DNA from: an uncultured Bacteroidales bacterium
GTDB taxonomy: Bacteria > Bacteroidota > Bacteroidia > Bacteroidales > UBA10428
Assembly: GCA_964615995.1 (NCBI GenBank)
Contig: CAZTSR010000011.1
Span: 11,228-75,227 of the forward strand
Length of the DNA: 64,000 nucleotides
Direction of reading: 5' to 3'
The position numbers were made by a program, and so were the translations under genes. Positions 1-10,098 of this stretch are shown here, piece after piece. The first letter of the stretch is position 1, and the number at the start of each line of letters is the position of its first letter. Below the pieces are notes generated by a model. That model was given only the letters and a program-made list of their open reading frames with translations, did not search any database and had not been told where the DNA came from.

Positions 1-1204
1 GTCGGGTTACTGCAGCAAGCTCTTTATTCTCCAGGCTTACCTTGTCAATTGTAAGCTGGGGCTTTGCAATAGTAGGGGTTGGTTTTACTGCCACACGGGC
101 AACAATGTCCTGTCCCGTTGTCAAACCACCTGTTATTCCTCCGGCATGGTTTGAAGTGAACTCAACTTTACCATCCTTAACCCGCATGGCATCGTTACAC
201 TGGCTGCCGGTCATTGTTGCAGCTTCCATACCGCATCCGATTTCAACAGCCTTAACGGTACCAATACTCATCAGACGGCCCAACTCGCCATCCAGTTTGT
301 TAAACACAGGCTCTCCCATTCCCGCCGGAACTCCTGTTACTACAACTTCCACAATACCTCCGGATGAATCTCCATCCTGCATGATGCGCAGTATTTCATT
401 ATACATGGCATCGGCAACATCCGCATCAGGACAGAATAATTTCGGGTTGATATCGTATTTCTTTCTTACATCATCCTCATTATAAACCGGTCTTTTGATA
501 TCCGGAATCCGTGTTTCAAGTTCTGCAAGAATGGCAGCCTTCTCAAAAAAACGCATGGAGGATTTCATTTTCCCCGAAGCGAACAATTCGAGATAAATCG
601 GATCATATAACTTCCGTACTGCACGATAAGCCTGAGCTTTCTTCTTAATTTCAGCAACAGGCATATCTTTCATCCGGATACCGGCAGCTTCCCTTACAAA
701 TGAAACCACCTCAATACCGTGATCTTTGAGTATTTTCTTTGCAATACAGCCGGCAGCAACTATGGATGAAGTATAACGACCGCTGAAGAATCCTGCTCCG
801 ATGGAATCATCCCATGAACCATATTTCATGTATGAGGCATATGATGCATGACCGGGGCGTGGTGTGCGGTTAGTCGACTGATATTGTTCGATATGTTCCA
901 GATGACGGTCGACATTTGGAATCAGAATCACCAGGGGAGTGCCATTAGTATATCCGGCATTCTTAAAGCCAGGCATGGTATCTGCTGCATTTACGCCACT
1001 GAAAATAATGGGAACATCTGCTTCGCGCCGTGGAGAGGTAAGCTCTCCCTGACCGGGTTTACGCAGCATAAGTTCTACATAGATCTCTTCTTCAGAAAAA
1101 TAGTATCCGGGCGGAACACCCTGAATGTTAATTGAAAGTCCTTCCTGATAGGAACCACCGGCAACAGTGGCCCGGAATAAATTACCATAAGTACATCCCA
1201 GCAT
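1..1204 (-). CDS. aroC: chorismate synthase; its 3' end runs off the left edge of the window
   Basis: Absent from the ORF track because no stop lies in the window. My reverse translation from the ATG at 1204..1202 stays open to position 2 (401 codons): MLGCTYGNLFRATVAGG...TPRPGHASYASYMKYG...QDGDSSGGIVEVVVTGVPAGMGEPVFNKLDGEL...SNHAGGITGG. The RPGHA, GDS.GG and GvPaGlGEPvF blocks are chorismate synthase hallmarks, and it sits next to aroA. Confidence 0.85.
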   Translation of the reverse strand, partial: MLGCTYGNLFRATVAGGSYQEGLSINIQGVPPGYYFSEEEIYVELMLRKPGQGELTSPRREADVPIIFSGVNAADTMPGFKNAGYTNGTPLVILIPNVDRHLEHIEQYQSTNRTPRPGHASYASYMKYGSWDDSIGAGFFSGRYTSSIVAAGCIAKKILKDHGIEVVSFVREAAGIRMKDMPVAEIKKKAQAYRAVRKLYDPIYLELFASGKMKSSMRFFEKAAILAELETRIPDIKRPVYNEDDVRKKYDINPKLFCPDADVADAMYNEILRIMQDGDSSGGIVEVVVTGVPAGMGEPVFNKLDGELGRLMSIGTVKAVEIGCGMEAATMTGSQCNDAMRVKDGKVEFTSNHAGGITGGLTTGQDIVARVAVKPTPTIAKPQLTIDKVSLENKELAAVTR

Positions 1205-1231
1205 AGTTATTTAGTTTAGATTGTTCCGGTT

Positions 1232-2494
1232 TTAAATCATCATAAAATCAGCACCCATCATTTTCATGTCTTCAACAAAGGTCGGAAATGTAACCGCTGC
1301 AGACTCAGCTGTATCAACAACAGTATTACCTGATGCTCCCAAACCTGCAATGGACAATGCCATTACAAGCCGGTGGTCATGATATCCGTTTACTTCCGCA
1401 CCGTTTAAGTTGCTTTGATGAATAATCAGGCCATCAGGTAATTCTTCAATACGGGCTCCCATTTTGGTCAATTCTTTAGCCATAGCCGCTATGCGATCGC
1501 ATTCTTTTATCCGAGCCTGAGGAACATTCAGCAACCTGGTGGTGCCCCTGGCATAACATCCTGCAACGGCCATCGCAGGTAATGCATCGGGGGTAGCGTT
1601 CATATCAATATCGATTCCTTGCAGACCGCGGCTACTTACCAGCACGCCATGTGGCAAATGCCTGATTTCCATTCCCATCATCCTGAAATATTCGAATACA
1701 GCTTTGTCTCCCTGATGATCTTCAAAATCCAACCCCTTGATTAAAACCTCGGAGTTTGTAATACCAGCAGCACAAAGTGGAAAAGTAGCAGATGAAAAAT
1801 CAGCAGGAATCTGCCTCTTAAATCCTGTATATTTTTGATTACCATATATTTTAAACCATTCAAGGCCTTTATGCTCAAACCTGATGTTCATCTTCCGAAG
1901 CCAGTCGAGTGTGATCTCAACATAAGGTTTTTCATTTAATTGCTCTACAGTGATTTCAGTATCCTGAGGAGCCAATGGTGCAGCAATTAACAGCGCAGTA
2001 AGAAACTGTGAACTGACTCCGCTAACGGCTGTTGTCCCTCCAACCAGGGGACCTTTTATGGTAAAGGGACATTTCCCGTTTGCAGAGTTCACCAACGTAA
2101 TACCCAGGTTTTCCAATGCATTGAGCAGAGGCATCATGGGGCGCTGCTGAATCGAATGATCTCCGTCAAACGACACGGGGTGGCTGCTTAAAGCACATAA
2201 TGCAGTAAGAATACGCAGCGAGGTGCCTGAATTGCCTACATCAATTTTTTTACAGCTCAAGCCTGGTGCACCTCCGATACCTTTAATAGACCAGTTCTTA
2301 CCTAACCTGACAGATGCGCCCATTTCTTTGGCGCCTAATATGGCGGATTTGGCATCTTCAGACATCAGGGGGTTAATCAGTGAAGAGCTGCCTTCTGCAA
2401 CAGCGGCGATAGCTATAGCGCGTATGGTGTGGGATTTTGAGGCGGGGATATGAATTTCACCACGCAGTGATGATTGAGTTGATTTCAGTTTCAC
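1232..2494 (-). CDS. aroA: 3-phosphoshikimate 1-carboxyvinyltransferase (EPSP synthase)
   Basis: 420-aa ORF. N-terminal IHIPASKSHTIRA (the P.SKS..R motif), GNSGTSLRIL, and DHRLVMALSIAGL near the C-terminus are typical EPSP synthase blocks. Adjacent to aroC. Confidence 0.9.
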   Translation of the reverse strand: MKLKSTQSSLRGEIHIPASKSHTIRAIAIAAVAEGSSSLINPLMSEDAKSAILGAKEMGASVRLGKNWSIKGIGGAPGLSCKKIDVGNSGTSLRILTALCALSSHPVSFDGDHSIQQRPMMPLLNALENLGITLVNSANGKCPFTIKGPLVGGTTAVSGVSSQFLTALLIAAPLAPQDTEITVEQLNEKPYVEITLDWLRKMNIRFEHKGLEWFKIYGNQKYTGFKRQIPADFSSATFPLCAAGITNSEVLIKGLDFEDHQGDKAVFEYFRMMGMEIRHLPHGVLVSSRGLQGIDIDMNATPDALPAMAVAGCYARGTTRLLNVPQARIKECDRIAAMAKELTKMGARIEELPDGLIIHQSNLNGAEVNGYHDHRLVMALSIAGLGASGNTVVDTAESAAVTFPTFVEDMKMMGADFMMI

Positions 2495-2576
2495 CGTATG
2501 TCAATTTGCGTCCAAAAGGGACGAAGATAATACATGAGGGGGTTAAATGCAAATCGGTTTCTGGCAGGTGCATTTA

Positions 2577-5252
2577 TTAAAATAAGGACATCTGCTCACC
2601 TTTGTCCCCGCCTTCAGGAAGTGTAGGTTTGTCTTCATCTTCTTCCAAACCGGTATTTTGAATTTCCGGCTCAGGATTTTGAGGCTCCTGTGGGGACTCT
2701 TTAAACCGGAGCGGCTCAAGCTCAGTAACAGTGGCAACTTCATATGAGCTTAATCGCCTTCCCCTTGCTTTATAGCTCTTAACTGCAATAAATTCTGCAG
2801 CGTCAATGATCTCGGGAATTCTTTTTTTATAGCTCCCGCCAAATTTTACTTCCAGCCTGGGGTAGTCGTTTTCAGAAATGTGCATGAATTTCGATCGCGG
2901 ATGCTCTTCGAAAAACCGTGATGGTTTTTCTGTAGACTCTGCCTGAAATCGCTTGATGTAGGTATATTTCTGATCACCGTCAAAATATACTGCCGTGAAA
3001 ACAGCGGCAGGGTCAAATTTCCGAATCAGCAGCACATCTTCTTCAAAATGCGTGGTGAGTTCATATCCCGACAAATAAAAAATGCCGGAACGTGTCATCG
3101 CCAATATTTTATCTTTTCCTGAAAATTCGCCCAGATACTCCCCTTTTCCGTCGTCATTGAGTCGCATAACTGCCGGATCCCACCAGATCTTTTTACCCCC
3201 CAGCGTAGAACCGCCCTTTTCCTTCAATTCAATTTTATGAATGGGATAACGGGTAAGAATATTACCAATGGAATTCCGACCTTTGATATCGGTGTTTCCG
3301 AATTCCACATCGAAGACCAGATTTTTCACCCTGGGCCTCGGTTTCAGCGTAACCTTTATGGTTTCTGCCTCCCCGTTCGGATTTACGGATAAATATAGAA
3401 TCCGCGAATCAGCTCCTTTCGACAAATCGTATTCTTTATCCCGCATCAATCCGGTTATGGAACACCGTTTAATATAATTGATGCCGGTTTCTCCATCCCG
3501 GTAAACTATGTTATAAATGGTACGCTCGTCATTTTTCTTGAATACACCGGCATACTCAATGTCCTTTCCTACAAATTGCTTATCTGTAACCTTTGTAATC
3601 AGGTATTTAGCGTTTTTCCGGATGATGAGGATATCGTCAATATCAGAGCAATCGCAGATATACTCATCCTTTTTCAAACCGGTCCCAATAAAGCCTTCTG
3701 ACCGGTTGATATAAAACTTCTCATTGGCTACAGCAACTTCAGTAGCCTGAATTACTTCAAATTCACGAATTTCAGTCTTTCTGTCCTTTCCTGCACCGTA
3801 TTTCTTTTTAATCTGCTTGTAATAATTAATGGTGTAGGGAATAATATGTGCCAGATCGTTTTTAACCGATTCCATCTCTGCTTCAGTCGCTTTGATGAAC
3901 TCATCCGATTTAAAGGCACTGAATTTTGAGATGCGTTTAATGGGTATTAAAGAAAGTTTTACCAGATCTTCATGCACAACGGCCCTGCGCAGCAATGATT
4001 TATATGGTTCAAGCCCTTTATCAATGGTTTCAAGAATCGCCTCTTCGGTTTTACATTCTTTAATAGGCTCATAAAGCTCATTTTCAATAAAAATCTTCTC
4101 CAGTGACGCATAGTGCCATTGTCCTTCCAGGTCTTCCAGTCTGATGTTCAGCTCCATGGTAAGAAGCGCGATGGTATTCTCTACAGATACTTTCAGAATC
4201 TCTGTGACGCCGATAAAATACGGCTTATCATCACGAATGATGCATGAATTGGGAGATATGGGAATTTCACAATCTGTAAATGCATACAGGGCATCAATGG
4301 TGATATCAGGATCCGTTCCGGGCAGCAGGTGAATGATAATTTCAACAGACCCGGCTGTATTATCATCGATCTTCCGGATTTTGATCTTGCCTTTTTCATT
4401 GGCCTTTAAAATGGAGTCGATCAGCGAAGTGGTGGTCTGACTAAAAGGCAGCTCATTGATGACCAGTGCCTTTTTTTCCAGCTTGGAAATTTTGGCACGG
4501 ATACGGACTGCTCCGCCCCGCAAGCCATCATTATACCTGGAAACATCGATATATCCTCCGGTAGGAAAATCAGGATAAAGCTCAAAAGGTTTGCCCTGAA
4601 GATGTGCAATGGAGGCATCAATAAGCTCATTAAAGTTGTGTGGTAATATTTTTGATGCAAGACCTACCGCAATTCCTTCCACACCTTGTGCCAGCAGCAG
4701 TGGAAATTTTACGGGCAATGTAATGGGCTCTTTATTTCTGCCGTCATAAGAAAGTTTCCAAGCGGTGGTACGGGGATTAAAGATGACTTCAAGGGCAAAT
4801 TTGGTAAGCCGCGCTTCGATATATCTGGCAGCCGCAGCACCGTCACCGGTATATATATTGCCCCAGTTTCCCTGGGTGTCGATCAGTAATCCTTTTTGTC
4901 CGAGTTGGACCAGCGCATCACCAATAGAGGCATCTCCATGGGGATGGTATTGCATGGTCTGCCCGATGATATTGGCCACCTTATTGAAACGCCCGTCCTC
5001 TATCTGCCGCATGGCATGCAGAATTCTGCGCTGAACAGGCTTTAATCCATCATGAATATAGGGAACGGCACGTTCCAGGATTACATACGAAGCATAATCC
5101 AAAAACCAGTCCTTATACTTTCCCGCCAGTTCTGTAACGTGTGTGGGTGTAAGCGCACGCTCATCAGATCCCGGATCGCCTTCAGGAAGTTCTTCTGCTC
5201 CCTGTCTGTCCTCTTCAAATTCTTCTGTTATATCAAAATCGTCAGATGCCAT
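2577..5252 (-). CDS. parC: type IIA topoisomerase subunit A, most likely topoisomerase IV ParC
   Basis: 891-aa ORF with DGLKPVQRRILHAM, the QYHPHGD motif, and the active-site region AAARYIEARLT. It pairs with a short (618 aa) B subunit, which favours topo IV over gyrase. It has an acidic, Pro-rich C-terminal tail. Confidence 0.75.
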   Translation of the reverse strand: MASDDFDITEEFEEDRQGAEELPEGDPGSDERALTPTHVTELAGKYKDWFLDYASYVILERAVPYIHDGLKPVQRRILHAMRQIEDGRFNKVANIIGQTMQYHPHGDASIGDALVQLGQKGLLIDTQGNWGNIYTGDGAAAARYIEARLTKFALEVIFNPRTTAWKLSYDGRNKEPITLPVKFPLLLAQGVEGIAVGLASKILPHNFNELIDASIAHLQGKPFELYPDFPTGGYIDVSRYNDGLRGGAVRIRAKISKLEKKALVINELPFSQTTTSLIDSILKANEKGKIKIRKIDDNTAGSVEIIIHLLPGTDPDITIDALYAFTDCEIPISPNSCIIRDDKPYFIGVTEILKVSVENTIALLTMELNIRLEDLEGQWHYASLEKIFIENELYEPIKECKTEEAILETIDKGLEPYKSLLRRAVVHEDLVKLSLIPIKRISKFSAFKSDEFIKATEAEMESVKNDLAHIIPYTINYYKQIKKKYGAGKDRKTEIREFEVIQATEVAVANEKFYINRSEGFIGTGLKKDEYICDCSDIDDILIIRKNAKYLITKVTDKQFVGKDIEYAGVFKKNDERTIYNIVYRDGETGINYIKRCSITGLMRDKEYDLSKGADSRILYLSVNPNGEAETIKVTLKPRPRVKNLVFDVEFGNTDIKGRNSIGNILTRYPIHKIELKEKGGSTLGGKKIWWDPAVMRLNDDGKGEYLGEFSGKDKILAMTRSGIFYLSGYELTTHFEEDVLLIRKFDPAAVFTAVYFDGDQKYTYIKRFQAESTEKPSRFFEEHPRSKFMHISENDYPRLEVKFGGSYKKRIPEIIDAAEFIAVKSYKARGRRLSSYEVATVTELEPLRFKESPQEPQNPEPEIQNTGLEEDEDKPTLPEGGDKGEQMSLF

Positions 5253-5270
5253 TCACAATCAATAAAAGTG

Positions 5271-7127
5271 TTATGCTGTCTCCAGCAAATCTGCCTCAAC
5301 GCGCAGGTTTTCAATAATAAAGTCCTGCCGCTCCGGGGTATTTTTTCCCATGAAAAAAGGAAGGATGTCCTGAACATGATCGCCTTTTTTCACACGAACA
5401 GGCTCGAGCCTGATATCTTTGCCAATAAAATGGCCAAACTCAGATGGCGAAATTTCTCCCAGGCCTTTAAACCGGGTGATTTCCGGGTTTGCGCCCACTT
5501 TCTTCAAAGCTGTTTCCTTTTCCTCATCACTGTAACAGTAGAAGGTCAGTTTCTTATTTCTAACACGGAACAGTGGTGTTTGCAAAATATAGAGATGCCC
5601 CTGTCTTACCAGATCCGGAAAAAACTGGAGGAAAAACGTCATCATAAGCAACCGGATGTGCATACCGTCTACATCGGCATCTGTGGCGATCACAATGTTG
5701 TTATACCGAAGGTTATCCAATCCGTCTTCTATATCCAAAGCAGCCTGAAGAAGGTTGAATTCCTCGTTTTCGTATACAATTTTTTTCGTCAGTCCGAATA
5801 CATTCAGAGGCTTTCCCTTCAGACTAAATACCGCTTGTGTAGCCACATCCCGGGTAGTGGTAATGGAACCACTGGCAGAGTCACCCTCAGTAATGAAAAG
5901 TGTGGATTCAAGCCGGCGCTCATGGTTGTCTGTCAGATGAATTTTGCAGTCGCGGAGTTTGCGGTTATGCAGACTTGATTTTTTTGCCCGCTCACGTGCC
6001 AGCTTTTGAATTCCCGATATGGCTTTCCGTTCTTTTTCCGATTCAATAATTTTCTTCAGCAGGATATCTGCGGTTTCTGAATGCTTATGAAGATAATTGT
6101 CGAGATGTTTTTTAAGAAAATCAGTAATGTAATTCCTAATGGATATGCCGTCGGGCGTCATTTCACGTGAGCCCAGCTTTGTTTTGGTTTGTGATTCAAA
6201 TACAGGTTCTTCTACTTTGATGCTCAGGGCAGCAATAATGGAAGTCCGGATATCAGAAGGATCAAAATCCTTTTTGTAAAATTCACGGATGGTTTTTACC
6301 AGGGCTTCCTTGAAAGCAGCCAGGTGCGTTCCGCCTTGTGTGGTGTGCTGTCCGTTTACAAAAGCGTAATATATCTCACCATATTGACTTCCATGTGTCA
6401 TGGCCAGTTCAATATCCTCGTCCTTAATCTGGATAATCGGATACAAACCGTCGCCATTCACGTTCTCGCGCAACAAATCTACCAGTCCTTCTTTTGAATA
6501 ATAAGCAGTTCCATTGAGATATATGGTAAGGCCTGAATTCAGGTACACATAATTCTTAATCATGGCTTCCACATAATCATCCAAAAACCTGAAGTGTCCA
6601 AACATCTTGGGATCAGGGAGGAAAGAAACCAGGGTTCCGTTTTTGGCATCTTCCGTGATTTCAGGATGGTCTGTTTGTATATTGCCTTCAGAAAAGCTGA
6701 TGGCTTTTACTTTGCCTTCGCGAAAGGATCTAATTTCAAAAAATGATGAAAGCGCATTCACGGCTTTGATACCCACGCCATTCAATCCAACCGATTTCTT
6801 AAAGACCCTGGAATCGTATTTTGCACCTGTGTTCATTTTGGATGCAACATCCAGCACCTTACCCAACGGAATGCCTCTTCCGTAATCCCTTACTTTTACA
6901 ATATTTTCGTTAATGGTAATTTCAATGGTCTTCCCATAACCCATCATGTACTCATCAATGGCATTATCCAGTACTTCTTTCAGCAATACATAGATTCCAT
7001 CGTCCTGGGATGAACCATCACCCAGCTTTCCGATATACATGCCGGGACGCTTCCGGATGTGCTCTTTCCAGTCAAGTGTGCGGATGGTATCTTCGGAATA
7101 ATTGGCAGTAGTCATACCCGTCATCAA
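5271..7127 (-). CDS. parE: type IIA topoisomerase subunit B, most likely topoisomerase IV ParE
   Basis: 618-aa ORF with the GHKL ATPase motifs ([31 protein letters not shown]) and the Toprim block LFITEGDSA...[12 protein letters not shown]. The size fits ParE rather than GyrB. Several Met codons near 7127..7115, so the exact start is uncertain. Confidence 0.75.
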   Translation of the reverse strand: MMTGMTTANYSEDTIRTLDWKEHIRKRPGMYIGKLGDGSSQDDGIYVLLKEVLDNAIDEYMMGYGKTIEITINENIVKVRDYGRGIPLGKVLDVASKMNTGAKYDSRVFKKSVGLNGVGIKAVNALSSFFEIRSFREGKVKAISFSEGNIQTDHPEITEDAKNGTLVSFLPDPKMFGHFRFLDDYVEAMIKNYVYLNSGLTIYLNGTAYYSKEGLVDLLRENVNGDGLYPIIQIKDEDIELAMTHGSQYGEIYYAFVNGQHTTQGGTHLAAFKEALVKTIREFYKKDFDPSDIRTSIIAALSIKVEEPVFESQTKTKLGSREMTPDGISIRNYITDFLKKHLDNYLHKHSETADILLKKIIESEKERKAISGIQKLARERAKKSSLHNRKLRDCKIHLTDNHERRLESTLFITEGDSASGSITTTRDVATQAVFSLKGKPLNVFGLTKKIVYENEEFNLLQAALDIEDGLDNLRYNNIVIATDADVDGMHIRLLMMTFFLQFFPDLVRQGHLYILQTPLFRVRNKKLTFYCYSDEEKETALKKVGANPEITRFKGLGEISPSEFGHFIGKDIRLEPVRVKKGDHVQDILPFFMGKNTPERQDFIIENLRVEADLLETA

Positions 7128-7251
7128 TTTGACATCAAAATTAACATAAAGAAAATTCCCCGCTCCATTTCTTTTTCAACACGAAAATAACAGCCTGTAG
7201 CGGATTACAGAACGATTTGAATTGAACCTGATGGAATTAGCCTGTTTATAA

Positions 7252-8985
7252 TTAAATTTTGCCTAACCATTCTTCGGCTTCCTGAGGACTGATTCCCTTG
7301 AGTCCCAGCTTATTCTTTTTATTAAAGCCGTTCAGGTCGTTGGATAGTTTGCCGGATTTGACCTCCTTAAGTTTTTCGATGGTAATGTATCCTAATTTCT
7401 TAATGATGTCGGCCCATTCTGCAGGTATTCCAAGGGCAAGGTACTTTTCAGCTTCATCTTCCTTAATAGCAATTGCTTTCTCCGGTTTCATCTGCGGAAA
7501 GAAAAGCACATCCTGTATACTGGGCTGATTGGTCATGATCATGGTAAGCCGGTCGATTCCGATTCCCAATCCTGATGCAGGAGGCATTCCATATTCAAGT
7601 GCCCGCAAAAAGTCCTGATCAATAAACATAGCCTCATCATCCCCTTTTTCCGATAGCTTCAGCTGATCCTGAAACCGTTCACGCTGGTCAATAGGGTCAT
7701 TCAGCTCAGAATAGGCGTTGCATAATTCCTTTGAATTTACAATCAACTCAAAACGCTCAGTCAGTCCCGGGTCATTTCTGTGTTTTTTGCACAGAGGAGA
7801 CATTTCAACCGGGTAATCCATGATAAATGTAGGCTGTACCAGATGCGGCTCCACTTTTTCTCCGAAAATCTCATCAATCAGCTTTCCTTTACCCATGGTG
7901 CTGTCGGTTTCAATACCCATGGAGCGGCATGCGTCTGCTAACTGCTTTTCATCCATTGAGGTGATATCGATGTTGGCATACTGGCGGATTGCTTCAGCCA
8001 TGGTAAGCCGTTTAAACGGGCGTTTAAAGTCGATTACTGTGTTATTGTACGGAACTTTTGTTGTACCATGAAGATCAAGAGCAACCTTTTCAAGCATTTC
8101 CTCTACAAAATCCATCATCCATAAATAATCTTTCCAGGCGATATAGATTTCGAGTACCGTAAATTCAGGATTGTGTGTGCGGTCCATTCCTTCATTTCTG
8201 AAGTCCTTCGCAAATTCGTAAACGCCCTCGTAACCCCCTACCAAAAGTCGTTTAAGGTAAAGTTCGTTGGCAATGCGCAGATATAAGGGTATATCAAGGG
8301 AGTTATGATGGGTAATAAACGGACGTGCTGCAGCTCCTCCGGGGATGGGCTGTAAAACCGGTGTCTCAACTTCCAGATAACCTCTTGAATTATATAGGTC
8401 CCTCAGGGAATTAATAATTCTGGACCGCTTGATGAAGACTTCCCGGACTCCGGGATTCACAACCAGATCGACATATCTTTGTCTGTACCGGAATTCAGGA
8501 TCGGTGACCGCGTCATAAACCGTTCCGTCCTTTTCCTTCACAATCGGAAGGGGTTTCAGTGATTTTCCCAAAAGGGTAAATTCCTGGACATGGATCGAAA
8601 TTTCGCCCATCTGTGTAATAAAAACAAACCCTTTTACACCAATGAAATCGCCGATATCCAAAAGTTTTTTAAAAATAGTATTGTATATAGTTTTGTCTTC
8701 ATCCGGACAGAGATCGTCCCGGCGCAGATAAATCTGAATTCTTCCATGTTCATCCTGGATTTCAGCAAATGAAGCACTGCCCATGATCCGCTTGCTCATA
8801 AGCCGTCCGGCAAGAGCAACATTTTGAAAATTACCTTCCTCTCCTTTAAATCCTGAAATAATCTGACGGGTAGTGGTATTAACCGGATACATTGCTGCCG
8901 GATAGGGATCAATTCCCAGGTTTCGGAGTTCATCAAGAGCCTGTCTTCTGATCAGCTCCTGTTCGCTTAAATCGTGCTGAATCAT
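7252..8985 (-). CDS. lysS: lysine--tRNA ligase, class II, with a C-terminal extension
   Basis: 577-aa ORF with an OB anticodon-binding region and class II motifs ([15 protein letters not shown]; [14 protein letters not shown]). It carries an extra ~70-aa C-terminal tail. Confidence 0.93.
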   Translation of the reverse strand: MIQHDLSEQELIRRQALDELRNLGIDPYPAAMYPVNTTTRQIISGFKGEEGNFQNVALAGRLMSKRIMGSASFAEIQDEHGRIQIYLRRDDLCPDEDKTIYNTIFKKLLDIGDFIGVKGFVFITQMGEISIHVQEFTLLGKSLKPLPIVKEKDGTVYDAVTDPEFRYRQRYVDLVVNPGVREVFIKRSRIINSLRDLYNSRGYLEVETPVLQPIPGGAAARPFITHHNSLDIPLYLRIANELYLKRLLVGGYEGVYEFAKDFRNEGMDRTHNPEFTVLEIYIAWKDYLWMMDFVEEMLEKVALDLHGTTKVPYNNTVIDFKRPFKRLTMAEAIRQYANIDITSMDEKQLADACRSMGIETDSTMGKGKLIDEIFGEKVEPHLVQPTFIMDYPVEMSPLCKKHRNDPGLTERFELIVNSKELCNAYSELNDPIDQRERFQDQLKLSEKGDDEAMFIDQDFLRALEYGMPPASGLGIGIDRLTMIMTNQPSIQDVLFFPQMKPEKAIAIKEDEAEKYLALGIPAEWADIIKKLGYITIEKLKEVKSGKLSNDLNGFNKKNKLGLKGISPQEAEEWLGKI

Positions 8986-9021
8986 TTTATAATGTAAATT
9001 TGCTGCAAAGATATATTTTTA

Positions 9022-9522
9022 ATGATCTACTTCATCATCGGATATAAGAACAGCGGGAAAACCACTTTTGGCAGGAAATTGGCTGAAAGATTGAATCTGG
9101 AATTTACAGATCTGGATGAATATATTGAGGAAAAAGAGGGCGATACCATTCCCAATATTTATGTGAAAGCCGGTGAAGAAAAATTCCGCCATATGGAGTG
9201 GAAGGCGTTAAAAGAAGTGGTAAAAAGAAAGAATCTTGTGGTTGCAACCGGCGGAGGGGTCCCCTGCAATTGCGACAGCATGTCTTTGATGGAAAAATGC
9301 GGAAAGGTGATTTACCTGAAGAGGGATAACAAATTGCTTGTGGAACGCCTGAAAAAAGCGTTACATGATCGTCCGATTGTCAAGGGAAAGAATGAAGACG
9401 AACTTGAACAATATATCTCAGACCTGAGACAAAGATGTGAACATCATTATCTCCGGGCCCATTACATTATTGATGAAGAAAATCCGGATATGGATGAAGT
9501 AATCCGGATGTTAAAAGGGTAA
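9022..9522 (+). CDS. aroK: shikimate kinase
   Basis: 166-aa ORF with a P-loop GYKNSGKTTFGRKLA followed by the DLD motif (FTDLDEYIE) and ATGGG. Size and motif order match AroK. Confidence 0.8.
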   Translation: MIYFIIGYKNSGKTTFGRKLAERLNLEFTDLDEYIEEKEGDTIPNIYVKAGEEKFRHMEWKALKEVVKRKNLVVATGGGVPCNCDSMSLMEKCGKVIYLKRDNKLLVERLKKALHDRPIVKGKNEDELEQYISDLRQRCEHHYLRAHYIIDEENPDMDEVIRMLKG

Positions 9523-9879
9523 ATCATTGGGCTCATCATCCCCCGAAGAACCTAGAGGTTCAAGTATATCAAACTGTGCCGGTGGCGGTACTTCCTGTTC
9601 AGAACCAGATGACAGATCAATTTTCCATGCCTTGAGATCGGTATACCATTTGCCATTGAATTCACGGGATTCGGCATTAAACGAAACATTTACCATAACA
9701 CCAGGCTTAAGCGATTTGACAACCGCAGTTTTGTCTCCCCATGCAGAAAAACACACTTTACGCGGGTATTGTTCCTGTGTTTCAATGATGAAATCCTGTT
9801 TCATCCATTGTCCGTTTTTTCCGGTTCCGGTCTGCTCCGGTAACACGAGAACCACTTTTCCTGAAATATCAAGTGCCAT
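9511..9879 (-). CDS. DUF3127-family small OB-fold-like protein
   Basis: 122-aa ORF. The N-terminal GKVVLVLPEQTGTGKNGQWMKQDFIIETQEQYPRKVCFSAWGDK pattern is what I recognise as DUF3127. Its 3' end overlaps the aroK 3' end by 12 nt in convergent orientation. Confidence 0.65.
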   Translation of the reverse strand: MALDISGKVVLVLPEQTGTGKNGQWMKQDFIIETQEQYPRKVCFSAWGDKTAVVKSLKPGVMVNVSFNAESREFNGKWYTDLKAWKIDLSSGSEQEVPPPAQFDILEPLGSSGDDEPNDLPF

Positions 9880-10035
9880 AACGTTAGAATTTTTAGATAA
9901 TTATGCGCTTAAAAGTAGAAATAAAAAGGCAATTAATAAGAGCAATAAAGCACAATTCAATCATTTCTCAAAGATGCTTCCGTCAATCAATTTGGATCGT
10001 ACGTGTAAATTCGTTCGTATATCTCAATAATTTAG

Positions 10036-10043
10036 TACTTTTG
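10036..10043 (+). promoter_or_regulatory. candidate Bacteroidota -7 promoter element (TAnnTTTG) for the 10099-20061 operon
   Basis: TACTTTTG matches TAnnTTTG 56 nt upstream of the ATG at 10099, inside a 219-nt AT-rich divergent intergenic region. I saw no clean -33 TTTG. Confidence 0.3.
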
Positions 10044-10098
10044 CATTTCTAAGGTTTTATTTTGCTTTATTAACACCCAAAAATAATCAAAAGCAAGC

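Noticed and set aside
42-1135. Plus-strand track ORFs 42-485 (147 aa) and 848-1135 (95 aa)
   Set aside because: They lie antisense to a continuous, motif-rich chorismate synthase frame on the minus strand. Their products are low-complexity (Pro/Ser/Thr-rich) with no recognisable motifs.
5052-5978. 308-aa plus-strand ORF spanning the parC/parE junction
   Set aside because: It is antisense to two strongly supported topoisomerase genes. Its Cys/Phe-rich product looks like nonsense and crosses the intergenic gap, so it is a shadow ORF.
9527-10030. 167-aa plus-strand ORF
   Set aside because: It is mostly antisense to the DUF3127 gene and runs into the AT-rich promoter region. It has no motifs.
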